Shown here piece after piece: positions 8,955-18,301 of a DNA stretch of 28,517 nucleotides. Origin of the DNA: a virus. Lineage: Duplodnaviria; Caudoviricetes. The stretch's first letter is position 1. The number at the start of each line of letters is the position of its first letter. A model generated the notes under the pieces. The model was not told the origin of the DNA. It did no database searches and saw nothing but the letters and a program-made list of their open reading frames with translations. The DNA is taken from IMG/VR virus record IMGVR_UViG_3300014658_000015, positions 1 to 28,517 of that record, one strand, 5' to 3'. The position numbers and the translations under genes were made by a program.

Positions 8955-9529
8955 CCACCAAGGGCGAAATCCGCGACCTGGTGGCCCGGATCCTCGACGG
9001 CTCGACGGACGCCGGCATCGAGGTCTATACGCCGAGCGACTGGCCGACCTGGCAGAACGACTATCCGGTGATCCTGGTCAGCTGCCCGCGCGAGGAGAAG
9101 ATCTCGACGGGCGGCCGGGGTACCGTGGAATTCACCGTCGTGGCCACGATCCGCATCGTCGCCAAGGTGCAGATGAAGGCCTACCGCGCCGACCTGGGCG
9201 CGACGATCGCCGAGGGCATCCTCGAGGGGCTCGAGGGCCAGATCCAGCGTCTGGTGATCAACAACCCGACGCTGATGCGCAAGCTCTCCCAGATCCCGTC
9301 GGTGGAATCGCGCATCGCCGTCAACGCCGAGGGCGAGCAGCATTTGGCCGAACTGGCCCTGGAAATCGGCTGCGAATTCTACCAGGGCCCCGAGGACTTC
9401 TACGACCCCGATGGCGTCGAGCTGACGACGATCACGGTGACGACCGCGCCCGAGGTGATCAACACCTCGGGCAATCCCGACGCGTCCCTCTACATCACCC
9501 TGCCGCAACCCCCGCCGGAGACACCCTAG
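8951..9529 (+). CDS. Probable tail completion/terminator protein
   Basis: Coupled by ATGA between the head-closure and DUF2635 genes; function inferred from synteny only. Confidence 0.6.
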   Translation: MTTKGEIRDLVARILDGSTDAGIEVYTPSDWPTWQNDYPVILVSCPREEKISTGGRGTVEFTVVATIRIVAKVQMKAYRADLGATIAEGILEGLEGQIQRLVINNPTLMRKLSQIPSVESRIAVNAEGEQHLAELALEIGCEFYQGPEDFYDPDGVELTTITVTTAPEVINTSGNPDASLYITLPQPPPETP

Positions 9530-9709
9530 ATGCGCGTCATTCCCGCTCCCGGTCTCCAGTTCCGCGACCCCCGCACCAAGCGGCTGATCCCGCCCGAGGG
9601 CGTGGATGTCGAGCCGACCAACCTCGATTTCGTCCGCGCCCTGGAGTGCGGCGACGTCGTCGAGGTCAAGGCGGGGCCGGCGGCTAAAACCGATGGAGCC
9701 GCCCAGTGA
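9530..9709 (+). CDS. DUF2635-family (Mu gp38-like) small tail protein, 59 aa, absent from the ORF track
   Basis: Hand translation MRVIPAPGLQFRDPRTKRLIPPEGVDVEPTNLDFVRALECGDVVEVKAGPAAKTDGAAQ. ATG follows the upstream TAG directly, and its TGA overlaps the sheath GTG. Confidence 0.88.
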   Translation: MRVIPAPGLQFRDPRTKRLIPPEGVDVEPTNLDFVRALECGDVVEVKAGPAAKTDGAAQ

Positions 9710-11235
9710 CCATTCCCTTCCAGAATATCCCGGCGAACCTCCGCGTTCCGCTCTTCTTCGCCGAGGTCAACAACAGCCAGGCCAATACCGATCAGCAGAC
9801 CCAACGGGCGCTGATCATCGGCCAGATCACCTCCTCGGGCATCGCCGTTCCCAACACCCCGGTCGTCAGCATGAGCGCCGGCGATGGCGCGGTCAAAGGC
9901 GGACAGGGATCGCACCTGGACGCGATGACCAGGGCCTACCGGGCCAACGACACCTTTGGCGAGCTCTGGTATCTGCCCCTTTCGGACGCGGTCGGCGCGA
10001 CGGCGGCGTCAGGCGCCATTGTCATCACCGGCACGGCGACGTCCGCCGGGACCTACAGCCTCTATATCGCCGGCCAGCTGATCAGCGTGCCGATCGCCAG
10101 CGGCACCACGGCGGCGGCTGCGGCCACCGCGCTCTTCAACGCCATCAACGCCGTCGGCGCCCTGCCGGTTACGGCCACCAACGGCACGGCCGGCACGGTG
10201 ACGATCACCGCCAAGAACGCCGGCCTCTGCGGCAACGATATCGATATCCGCTTCAACTATCTGGATGTCCGCGGCGGCCAGACCTATCCCCCGGGCCTGA
10301 CGGCGGCCGTGACCGCCATGAGCGGCGGCGCGACGAATCCAAACCTGACCACCGGCCTCGCCAACCTGGTCGACCGGCCTTACGACTTTATCATCAGCCC
10401 CTACACCGATCCGGCCTCGATCGCGGCGATCACCGCCTTCCTGTCGGACACCACGGGCCGGTGGAGCTGGGAGACCCAGGTCTACGGCCACTGCTTTATC
10501 GCCTATCGTGGCAGTCCCGGCGGCCTCACCAGCTTCGGCGCCGGGCTGAACGATCAGCACCTCACCTGCATGGGCTTCTGGGGCTCGCCGTCGCCGAACT
10601 TCGCCTGGGCGGCCGCCGTCGCCGGCGCGGTCGCGGTCTCGGTGCGCGCCGATCCCGCGCGCCCCCTGCAGACCCTGACGATCAACGGCGTGCTGGCGCC
10701 GCCGATCGTCTCGCGCTTCTCGCTCTCGACCCGAAACGCCCTGCTCTATGACGGCATAAGCACCTTCACGGTTCAGCAGGGCGGCCTGTGCGCCATCGAG
10801 AACCTGATCACTACCTACCAGCTGAACAGCTTCGGGCAGCCGGACAACAGCTATCTCGAGGTGGAGACCATGTTCACCCTGATGAGCGTGCTGCGCACCC
10901 TGGCCGCCGCGGTGACCAGCAATTTCGCGCGCGTCAAGCTGGCGGCCGATGGCACCCGGTTCGCGCCGGGATCGGGGATCGTCACCCCCAACATCATCCG
11001 GGCCTTCCTGATCGCCCAGTACCGGACGCTGGAATACAATGGCCTGGTCCAGGGCTCGGACGTGTTCGCCGCCAATCTGATCGTGCAGCAGAACGCCACC
11101 AATCCCAACCGGATCGACGTGCTGTGGCCGGGCATCCTGATCAACCAGCTGCGGATCTTCGCCCTGCTGGCCCAGTTCCAGCTGATCGTGCCGGCCAGTC
11201 CCGGCGGCTCGGCCAGCTCGGCCGCCCTGGCCTGA
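9706..11235 (+). CDS. Tail sheath protein (Mu gpL-like)
   Basis: IPANLRVPLFFAEVNNSQAN, DPARPLQTL, LLYDGIST and NPNRIDVL motifs. Confidence 0.96.
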   Translation: MTIPFQNIPANLRVPLFFAEVNNSQANTDQQTQRALIIGQITSSGIAVPNTPVVSMSAGDGAVKGGQGSHLDAMTRAYRANDTFGELWYLPLSDAVGATAASGAIVITGTATSAGTYSLYIAGQLISVPIASGTTAAAAATALFNAINAVGALPVTATNGTAGTVTITAKNAGLCGNDIDIRFNYLDVRGGQTYPPGLTAAVTAMSGGATNPNLTTGLANLVDRPYDFIISPYTDPASIAAITAFLSDTTGRWSWETQVYGHCFIAYRGSPGGLTSFGAGLNDQHLTCMGFWGSPSPNFAWAAAVAGAVAVSVRADPARPLQTLTINGVLAPPIVSRFSLSTRNALLYDGISTFTVQQGGLCAIENLITTYQLNSFGQPDNSYLEVETMFTLMSVLRTLAAAVTSNFARVKLAADGTRFAPGSGIVTPNIIRAFLIAQYRTLEYNGLVQGSDVFAANLIVQQNATNPNRIDVLWPGILINQLRIFALLAQFQLIVPASPGGSASSAALA

Positions 11236-11262
11236 CCTCAACCCCTTTAAGGATCGTCGCCC

Positions 11263-11631
11263 ATGGCGGACAACACCAACCGGCTTGCCGGCACGGCCAG
11301 CCTGACCGTGGACGGCCAGAGTTACGCCCTGCGCGGCGAGTTCGGCTATCGCGTCTCCACCGTCACCCGCGAGACCATCAACGGCCTTGACGGCGTGCAC
11401 GGCTACAAGGAGCTACCGATCCCCGGGCAGATGGTCGCCACCCTGACCGACGCCAGCGACCTCTCGGTCGCCTCCCTCAATTCAATGACCAATGTCACGG
11501 TGATCGCCGAGCTGGCCAACGGCAAGACGATCGTCGGCCGGGGCATGTGGACGGTCGAGGCTCAGGAGGTGAAGAGCGTCGACGCCATGGTCGAGGTGAA
11601 GTGGGAAGGCGTCGACGTCAGCGAGAACTAG
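11263..11631 (+). CDS. Tail tube protein (Mu gpM-like)
   Basis: RLAGTASLTVDG, GLDGVHGYKE and AELANGK; follows the sheath gene. Confidence 0.93.
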   Translation: MADNTNRLAGTASLTVDGQSYALRGEFGYRVSTVTRETINGLDGVHGYKELPIPGQMVATLTDASDLSVASLNSMTNVTVIAELANGKTIVGRGMWTVEAQEVKSVDAMVEVKWEGVDVSEN

Positions 11632-11675
11632 GCGAACGCCGTTCGCCGCTCGCGCTCTCTCGCAAGGCTTGAATC

Positions 11676-11960
11676 ATGACCGCTGACGATCTGCCCGACA
11701 CCCTGACGATCACGCTGCGCAAGCCGATCGAGATCGCCGGGATCACCTATGACCGGCTCGAGCTGCGCGAGCCGACCGCCGGCGAGATGAAGAAGCTGGA
11801 AGGCAAGACCGGCACCACGGCGACGATCGATCTGCTGTTCATGGTTACGGGCGTGCCGATCGGCGCCCTCGACAAGCTCGGCGTCCGGGACCTGAGAAAG
11901 GCGACCGATTATCTGGAGGCTTTTTTTACCGACGGCCCGTCGATTGGCGGGCCCGGCTAG
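11676..11960 (+). CDS. Tail assembly chaperone (FluMu gp41 / P2 gpE-like)
   Basis: ITLRKPI...LELREPTAGE...YLEAFF; between tube and tape measure genes. Confidence 0.9.
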   Translation: MTADDLPDTLTITLRKPIEIAGITYDRLELREPTAGEMKKLEGKTGTTATIDLLFMVTGVPIGALDKLGVRDLRKATDYLEAFFTDGPSIGGPG

Positions 11961-12046
11961 GCTTGGCGGCCGAACGGTTCGGTTGGGGCCCTGACGTGCT
12001 CCTTTCCATGACCTGGACCGAGCTGACCTGGTGGCTGGATAGCTGA
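11921..12046 (+). CDS. -1 frameshift extension of the chaperone (gpE+E'-like, about 123 aa fusion)
   Basis: Slippery T TTT TTT at 11921-11927. The -1 frame reads YRRPVDWRARLGLAAERFGWGPDVLLSMTWTELTWWLDS, and its TGA (12044-12046) overlaps the tape measure ATG. Confidence 0.85.
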   Translation, partial: FFYRRPVDWRARLGLAAERFGWGPDVLLSMTWTELTWWLDS

Positions 12047-13677
12047 TGGCCAATAAGTTCCAGATCGAGATCACCGGGCGGGACAAGACCGGCGCGGCGA
12101 TCAAGTCGGTCAACGACAATTTTGACAAGCTGGCCCGCGGCACGCCGCTCGATAAGGTCAACCGGGCCTTCCGGGGCATCCAGGACAAGGGCAAGGCCTT
12201 CGGCGGCATCGCCCGATCGTTCACGACCCTGGGCGACTCGGCGAAGATCGCCGGCGGCGGGATCGAGGAAGCCGCTGGCGGTCTCGGCGCTCTGGGCGCC
12301 GCGGCCGGCGTCGCCGGCCTGGTGACGGTCGGTGTGGGCGTGGCCCTCGGCGAGGCGGCCAACAAGGCCTACCAGTTCGAAAAGGATTTCAGCGCGGCCG
12401 GCGCGACCGTCGGCCGCACGGCGGCGGCGATCGGAATCTCGACCTATCAGTTGCAGCAATTCCAACTGGCCGGCCAGCGGGCAGGCGTGTCGGCCGAAGC
12501 CATGAGCGAGGCCCTGACGGGCATCGGCACGGCGATGCAGGACGCCGTCAGCGGCCGCAACCAGGACGCCCTGGCCTTGATAAACAAGCTGCACATCCAG
12601 GTGCATCGCCTCAAGGACGGCAGCATCGACAGCGCCCGAGGCATGCTCGACCTTTCGGTGGCGATGAAGAATTCCAATCCCGAGACCCAGCGCATGCTGG
12701 TCAGTATCTTCGGCGTCGCCGGCGCGCTCAATTTCATGAAGGAAAGCTCTCGGCAGCAGCAGGCCCAGCTCGCCGCCGCCGCCGCGTCCGGCGCGATCAA
12801 GACCGACCAACAGATCAAGGACGAGACCCGCTTTCAGGTCTCGATCGCGGCGACCAATGAAAAGTGGCACGCCCTTCTCAATACCTTCTCCGAGCGCTTG
12901 ATCATTCCCTGGCTGCAGCCGACCGTAGACGAGATCGGCAAGCTGCTGGGCTACCTCGATCAGCTGCTGGGCGGTGGCGCCAAGGCGAACGCGGCGATCT
13001 ACCGTCACCAGCATGCGCTGTGGGGCGTCGCGGGCCTGAGTCCGCTCGGCGTGGCGGCTGGGGCGCTGTCGGATCCCGGCGGCGTGTTTGGCGACAAGCT
13101 GCCAGGAGGGAAGGGCGCCGGCGCTTCGTCGCCGATCGGCGCCACGACGGCCGCGCTCAGCGACAAAGGCAAGCAGGCCCTGGCCTTCTTCCAGTCGCAG
13201 GGCTGGACGCCGGCCCAGGCGGCGGGGATCGTCGCCAACCTGGCGACCGAAAGCGGGTTCAACACCCACGCCGTCGGCGACTCCGGCCGCGCGCTCGGCA
13301 TCGCCCAGTGGCACCCGGATCGCCAGGCGGCGTTCGCCCAGCTGTTCGGTCATTCCGTGGGCATGGCCTCGTTCGAGGAGCAGCTGAAGTTCGTCCAGTA
13401 CGAACTGACCCAGGGCGTCCGGAAATTCGCCGGCGACCATCTCCGCCACGCGCAAGACGCGGCGACTGCCGGGGCCACGGTCTCCAAGTTCTACGAAGGC
13501 CCGCGCGACGTGCAGGGCGAGATGAACCGGCGCGCCGCCCTGGCCGACCACATCGTGCACGTCGAGATCAATATGAAGAACGCGCCGCCCACCACCACGG
13601 TCGTGGCCAGGAGCTCGAGCCCCCGGGTGACCACGGGCGCCACGGTCACGCCCAGCCTTGCCGGAGCGTCGGTATGA
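12046..13677 (+). CDS. Tape measure protein with a C-terminal phage tail lysozyme-like domain
   Basis: N-terminus MANKFQIEITGRDKT, Ala/Gly-rich helical body, then GWTPAQAAGIVANLATESGFN...ALGIAQW...EQLKFVQYEL. Confidence 0.9.
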   Translation: MANKFQIEITGRDKTGAAIKSVNDNFDKLARGTPLDKVNRAFRGIQDKGKAFGGIARSFTTLGDSAKIAGGGIEEAAGGLGALGAAAGVAGLVTVGVGVALGEAANKAYQFEKDFSAAGATVGRTAAAIGISTYQLQQFQLAGQRAGVSAEAMSEALTGIGTAMQDAVSGRNQDALALINKLHIQVHRLKDGSIDSARGMLDLSVAMKNSNPETQRMLVSIFGVAGALNFMKESSRQQQAQLAAAAASGAIKTDQQIKDETRFQVSIAATNEKWHALLNTFSERLIIPWLQPTVDEIGKLLGYLDQLLGGGAKANAAIYRHQHALWGVAGLSPLGVAAGALSDPGGVFGDKLPGGKGAGASSPIGATTAALSDKGKQALAFFQSQGWTPAQAAGIVANLATESGFNTHAVGDSGRALGIAQWHPDRQAAFAQLFGHSVGMASFEEQLKFVQYELTQGVRKFAGDHLRHAQDAATAGATVSKFYEGPRDVQGEMNRRAALADHIVHVEINMKNAPPTTTVVARSSSPRVTTGATVTPSLAGASV

Positions 13678-15068
13678 GCGACGACTACAGCGCCGCCACC
13701 ACGGTCAGCGAGCTGGTGATCACCGGCAAGCCGCCGGTCCCGACCCGGATCGACGGCCTGCAGCAGGCCTCCTGGCGGGGCGTTCCCTTCGCGGTCCTCG
13801 CCGGCGACGGTCAATTCGGCCGCCGCGTCGCCGTCCACGAATATCCCTTCCGCGACAAGCCCTGGGTCGAGGACCTGGGCCGCAGCGCGCGCAAGATCAA
13901 CCTGGTCGGCTTCCTGATCACCGATTCCGCGGTCTACGGCGGCGGCGACGCCATCGCCCAGACCGAGCAGATGATCGCCGCGGCCGAGACCTCCGGCTCG
14001 GGGATCCTGATCCATCCGACCCTCGGCAGCCTCACGGTCAGCCTAGTGGCGCCCCTGGCGGTACTGGCGCGCTGGGACAATGGCGTCCGCTATTTCGAGC
14101 TCAATTTCCAGTTCATCGAATCCGGCGATGCGACCTTTCCGGCGTCCACGGCCAACACCGGCGCGGCCACGGACGTGGCCGCAGGCGCGGCCGACAGCGC
14201 CGCGGCCTCCGACTTCGCCGCGGCCGTGACACCCCTCTTGCCCCTGGGCGGCCTGACGATCCAGCAGACCCTGGGCGCGGTAGGAGCCTGGGCCGGCCAG
14301 ATCACCGGCCTGGCGGCCGACGCTTCGTCTCTGATGAATCTCGCCAGCGGTCTCACCGGGCCTTACGGCCGCTTCTTCAACGGGGCCAACGCTGGCGCGT
14401 TCGCGGACCTCCCCTCCACGCTCCTTGGCTCGACCACGATCGAGACCCTGGCGATCGCCGCCGCCGGCGCGCGCGCCACCGTCGCGGCGGCGGTCGCCAG
14501 CGAATCCACCCTGGCCGGTGAACTCGGGCTGCCGAACGCCTCTCCGGCCGACATGGCGACCCAGGCCCAGGCGGCGACGGCCGCGCTCGCGTCGACGGCC
14601 GCCAATCCGGCCGACGCCATTCGCACCCTGGCGACCCTGGCGGCCTATTCGGACGGCGCCGCCACGGCGATCGGGAGCGCCCTGGACGATCTGCATCATC
14701 GCGCGGCCGTGGTCGCCATGGCCCGGGCCAGCGCCCTCTATCAACCCACCAGCTACAATGACGCCGCCGCCGTGCGCACCTTGGTGGCGGGCGCCCTCGA
14801 CACCGAGATCACCGTCGCGGGAGACGAGGGCGACGACGCCAGCTTCAACGCCCTACGGGCGCTCCGGGTCGCCGTCGTCCAGGATCTGACCGCGCGCGGC
14901 GCGACTCTGGCGCCGATGATCGAGGTCGATACGCCTTCCCCGTTGCCGGCGCTCGCCTTGGCCCAGCGCCTATACCGCGATGGCGGCCGCTCCGACCAAC
15001 TGGTCGCCGAGGCCGATCCGATCCACCCGCTCTTCATGCCTACCCAGTTCTACGCCCTGGCGGCCTGA
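13674..15068 (+). CDS. DNA circularization protein (Mu gpN-like)
   Basis: ASWRGVPF, HEYPFRDKPWVEDLGR and LIHPTLG; C-terminal PALALAQRLYRD...IHPLFMP. Start taken as ATG 13674 (ATGA overlap, GGAG RBS) rather than 12864. Confidence 0.92.
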   Translation: MSDDYSAATTVSELVITGKPPVPTRIDGLQQASWRGVPFAVLAGDGQFGRRVAVHEYPFRDKPWVEDLGRSARKINLVGFLITDSAVYGGGDAIAQTEQMIAAAETSGSGILIHPTLGSLTVSLVAPLAVLARWDNGVRYFELNFQFIESGDATFPASTANTGAATDVAAGAADSAAASDFAAAVTPLLPLGGLTIQQTLGAVGAWAGQITGLAADASSLMNLASGLTGPYGRFFNGANAGAFADLPSTLLGSTTIETLAIAAAGARATVAAAVASESTLAGELGLPNASPADMATQAQAATAALASTAANPADAIRTLATLAAYSDGAATAIGSALDDLHHRAAVVAMARASALYQPTSYNDAAAVRTLVAGALDTEITVAGDEGDDASFNALRALRVAVVQDLTARGATLAPMIEVDTPSPLPALALAQRLYRDGGRSDQLVAEADPIHPLFMPTQFYALAA

Positions 15069-16141
15069 TGGCCGATGACACCACCATCACCATCGGCGGC
15101 AATACGCTCTCGGGCTGGACCGAGGAGCGGATCACCCGGCGGATCGAGGGCTGCCCGAACGATTTCGACCTGGCGCTGACCGAGCGCTATCCAGGGGAAG
15201 CGGACGCCTTCGTCATCCAGGGCGGGGATCCGTGCACGGTCTCGATCGGCGATGATGTGGTCCTCACCGGCTACGTCGACCGCTACGCCCGCTCCTACTC
15301 CGCAGGCGATCACAAGGTGAGCGTCTCTGGCCGGGGCAAGACCCAGGACCTGGTGGACTGCTCGGCCGAGTGGCCGACCGGCCAGATCAGCGGCGCCAAT
15401 GTGCTGGAGATCGCCACCAAGCTGGCCAAACCCTACGGGATCACCGTCACCTGCCTCGGCGATCCGGGACCGGCAATCCCGCAGTTCAACCTGACCCTGG
15501 GCGAGAGCGCCTACGACATCATCGAGCGGATCTGCCGCTACGCCGGGCTGCTGGCCTATGAGGGAACCGACGGCAACCTGATCCTGGCCAACACCCAGTC
15601 GACCCAGGCCGCCAGTGGATTCACCGAGGGCGTCAATGTCCAGGCGGCGCATGTTCTCTCGGCCATGGATCAGCGGTTCAGCGCCTACGTCTGCTTCCTG
15701 ATGTCGATGGACGTGCTCGAGGACAGCGGCCAGGGCGGCAATCAGTTCGCGTCGGTGCCCGATATCAACGTTCCGCGCCATCGCCTGACCTATCTGATCG
15801 CCGAGGCCGGCGGCGGCGGCCAGGACATCTGCGCCAAGCGGGCCAAGTGGGAGGCGGCGCGGCGCTGGGGGCGCGGCTACTCAGCCCAGATCATCGGCGA
15901 TTCCTGGCGCGACTCCGCCGGCGCGCTTTTCGCTCCCAACACTCAGGTTCCCATCAGCCTGCCAAACCTCAAGCTCGACGGCGTCACCTGGACGATCGGC
16001 GAGATCACCTATCGCCGGGGCATGGACGGCACAACGGTCGAGGCGACCTGCATGAACCCCAGCGCCTTCACGCCCGAGCCGATCCTGCTGCAGCCGACCT
16101 TCATGGACGTCAACACGTCGCCCACGACGCCGGCGACATGA
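15068..16141 (+). CDS. Baseplate hub protein (Mu gp44/gpP-like)
   Basis: VLTGYVD, GRGKTQDLVDCSA and KRAKWEAARR motifs. Confidence 0.92.
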   Translation: MADDTTITIGGNTLSGWTEERITRRIEGCPNDFDLALTERYPGEADAFVIQGGDPCTVSIGDDVVLTGYVDRYARSYSAGDHKVSVSGRGKTQDLVDCSAEWPTGQISGANVLEIATKLAKPYGITVTCLGDPGPAIPQFNLTLGESAYDIIERICRYAGLLAYEGTDGNLILANTQSTQAASGFTEGVNVQAAHVLSAMDQRFSAYVCFLMSMDVLEDSGQGGNQFASVPDINVPRHRLTYLIAEAGGGGQDICAKRAKWEAARRWGRGYSAQIIGDSWRDSAGALFAPNTQVPISLPNLKLDGVTWTIGEITYRRGMDGTTVEATCMNPSAFTPEPILLQPTFMDVNTSPTTPAT

Positions 16142-16686
16142 CCCCGGAAACCATTCGCGCCGCCCGGCGCATCGTCTTCACCGTCTCGCGAGGCAAGATC
16201 ACTCTCGTCGACGATACCGGGGTGATCCAGAAGCACCAGGTGGACTATGGACCTCAGGGGCCGGACGGGTCGCTTGGCCTGCGCGACAATACGCCGATGA
16301 TGTCGATCTTCGGCTTCACGTCGAATCCGCCTCTTGGCGCCGACGTGGTGAGCCTCTTCGTCGGCGGCGACCGGTCCAACGGCGTCAGTCTCGGCAACAA
16401 CCACCAGCCCTCGCGGCTGACCGGCCTGCAGCCCGGCGACAGCGCCCAGTACGACGTGCGCGGCGCCTACGTGAAGCTGACCGAGGCCGGCCTGACGGTC
16501 GACGCCGCCGGCAATGATGTCGTTCTCCAGAATTACGGCACCGTCACCGTCATGGGGGGGACAGTCATCGTGCAATCCGACGACGTTTCCCTGGGTGACA
16601 CCGGTGGCCCGGCCGTGGCCCGGGTGGGCGACAGCGTGTCGGGCGGGGTGATCACCTCGGGCTCGAGCAAGGTCACTTGCGCCTAG
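16138..16686 (+). CDS. Baseplate spike/assembly protein V (Mu gp45-like)
   Basis: FGFTSNPPLGAD, GGDRSNGV and LQPGDSAQYD; C-terminal VARVGDSV...ITSGSSKV. Start ATG 16138 (ATGA overlap). Confidence 0.9.
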   Translation: MTPETIRAARRIVFTVSRGKITLVDDTGVIQKHQVDYGPQGPDGSLGLRDNTPMMSIFGFTSNPPLGADVVSLFVGGDRSNGVSLGNNHQPSRLTGLQPGDSAQYDVRGAYVKLTEAGLTVDAAGNDVVLQNYGTVTVMGGTVIVQSDDVSLGDTGGPAVARVGDSVSGGVITSGSSKVTCA

Positions 16687-16689
16687 GCC

Positions 16690-17130
16690 ATGGCCGACAT
16701 CACCACGGTCTGGGACCAGACGAATGGCGACTGGGCGATGGCGGGCGCGGATCTGCTCGCCGGCGACGATCTCACCACGGCGGTCCTGATCAGCCTCTTC
16801 ACCGACCAGACGGCCACGCCCGACGATCCAGTCCTGGACGCCTCGGGCGATCCGCGCGGCTGGTGGGGGGACCTGGGGGCCGACCAGCCGATCGGCTCGA
16901 AGCTCTGGCTCTACGATCGCTCGAAGCAGACCTCGGCGGTGCTCGCCGGCGTGCGCGATGCGGCGCGGCAGGCCCTGCAGTGGTTGATCGACGATGGCGT
17001 CGCCCAGGCCGTCCAGGTGTTCGCCGCCTGGATCCAGGGCGGATTCCTGGGCCTGCAGGTCATCATCACCCAGGCGAACGGCCAGAACGCCACCTTGAGC
17101 TTCCAGACGGCGTGGCAGGGAGTCGCATGA
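16690..17130 (+). CDS. Mu gp46-family baseplate protein
   Basis: DLTTAVLISLFTD, RGWWGD, IGSKLWL and ALQWLIDDGVA motifs. Confidence 0.93.
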   Translation: MADITTVWDQTNGDWAMAGADLLAGDDLTTAVLISLFTDQTATPDDPVLDASGDPRGWWGDLGADQPIGSKLWLYDRSKQTSAVLAGVRDAARQALQWLIDDGVAQAVQVFAAWIQGGFLGLQVIITQANGQNATLSFQTAWQGVA

Positions 17131-17131
17131 T

Positions 17132-18301
17132 TTGCCTTTCTCCCGGCCGACCCTCACCCAGCTGCGCGCCCAGGCCGCGGCGGATATCGCCTCGAATCTG
17201 CCGGGCGCCGACGCCCTCCTAAGGTTCTCCAATCTCGGCGTCCTCGGCCAGGTCCTCGCGGCCATGGCCAATGGCCACTACGGCTTTCTCGACTGGATCG
17301 CCCAGCAGGCCGTCCCCTTCACGGCCACCGGCGAGTTTCTCGAAGGCTGGGCGGCGCTCAAGGGGGTCATTCGCTCGCCCGCGACGCCGGCGACCGGGTC
17401 AGCCACCTTTGCGGGCGTCAACGGCAGCGTGGTTCCGGCCGGGACGAACGCCGTTCGCGGCGATGGCGAGACCTATGTGACCACGGCCGACGCCACCGTC
17501 GCGGGTGGATTCGTCACGCCGCCCTTTACCGATACGACCCCGGGCTCGGCCGGTAATTGCGCCGCCGGCGTGGTTCTCACCCTCGGGAGCGCCGTGCCGG
17601 GGGTCCAGTCCGGCGGCGTCACGGCCGGACCCTTCACCGGCGGCTCGGACGTCCAGACCGATGCGCAGCTGCGCACCCAGATGCTGCAGGCCTACGCCGC
17701 CCCGGCCCAGGGCGGGGATCTCGCCGACTATGTCACCTGGGCGCTGGCCGTGCCGGGCGTCACCCGGGCCTGGAACGCCGGAACCGCGCCAGGCGAAGGC
17801 AAGGTCCTGGTCTATTTCATGATGGACTCTTCCGAGAGCGCCTATGGCGGCTTTCCGCAGGGGACCAACGGGGTCGCGGCGAACGAGACCCGGGATACGC
17901 CGGCGACCGGCGACCAGCTGGCCGTCGCCAACTATATCTATCCGATCCGGCCGGTGACCGCCCTGGTCTACGCCGCCGCGCCGATCGCCAATCCGATCGC
18001 CCTGACGATCGCCGGGATCTCCGGCGCCTCGACCACGGTCAAGTCGGCGATCGCCGCCGCCTTCGCCACCGCCATTCTGGACCAGGCGGCGCCGGGCGGC
18101 GTCACCGACAGTCAGGGCAATCCCATCGGCCAGGTGGATCTCTCCTATATCGAGGCCGCCATCGCCCAGGTCGCCGGCACGGCCGGGTTCGTCATCACCT
18201 CGGTCAGCTGTCCCTTCGGCACGGTCACGCCCGGCGGGGACGGGAACATCACCTCGAATTCCTGCTATCTCGCCACCGCGGGGGTCATCACCTATGTCTG
18301 A
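17132..18301 (+). CDS. Baseplate J / Mu gp47-family wedge protein
   Basis: TTG start, MPFSRPTL; PAQGGDLADYVTWALAVPGVTRAW and IRPVTA motifs. Confidence 0.93.
   Translation: MPFSRPTLTQLRAQAAADIASNLPGADALLRFSNLGVLGQVLAAMANGHYGFLDWIAQQAVPFTATGEFLEGWAALKGVIRSPATPATGSATFAGVNGSVVPAGTNAVRGDGETYVTTADATVAGGFVTPPFTDTTPGSAGNCAAGVVLTLGSAVPGVQSGGVTAGPFTGGSDVQTDAQLRTQMLQAYAAPAQGGDLADYVTWALAVPGVTRAWNAGTAPGEGKVLVYFMMDSSESAYGGFPQGTNGVAANETRDTPATGDQLAVANYIYPIRPVTALVYAAAPIANPIALTIAGISGASTTVKSAIAAAFATAILDQAAPGGVTDSQGNPIGQVDLSYIEAAIAQVAGTAGFVITSVSCPFGTVTPGGDGNITSNSCYLATAGVITYV

Noticed and set aside
12864-13673. Long N-terminal extensions given by the ORF track (starts 12864, 15847, 18578, 23032, 24604)
   Set aside because: They overlap upstream genes and read as Arg-rich noise. 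Coupled starts at 13674, 16138, 19610, 23239 and 25306 give sensible N-termini.
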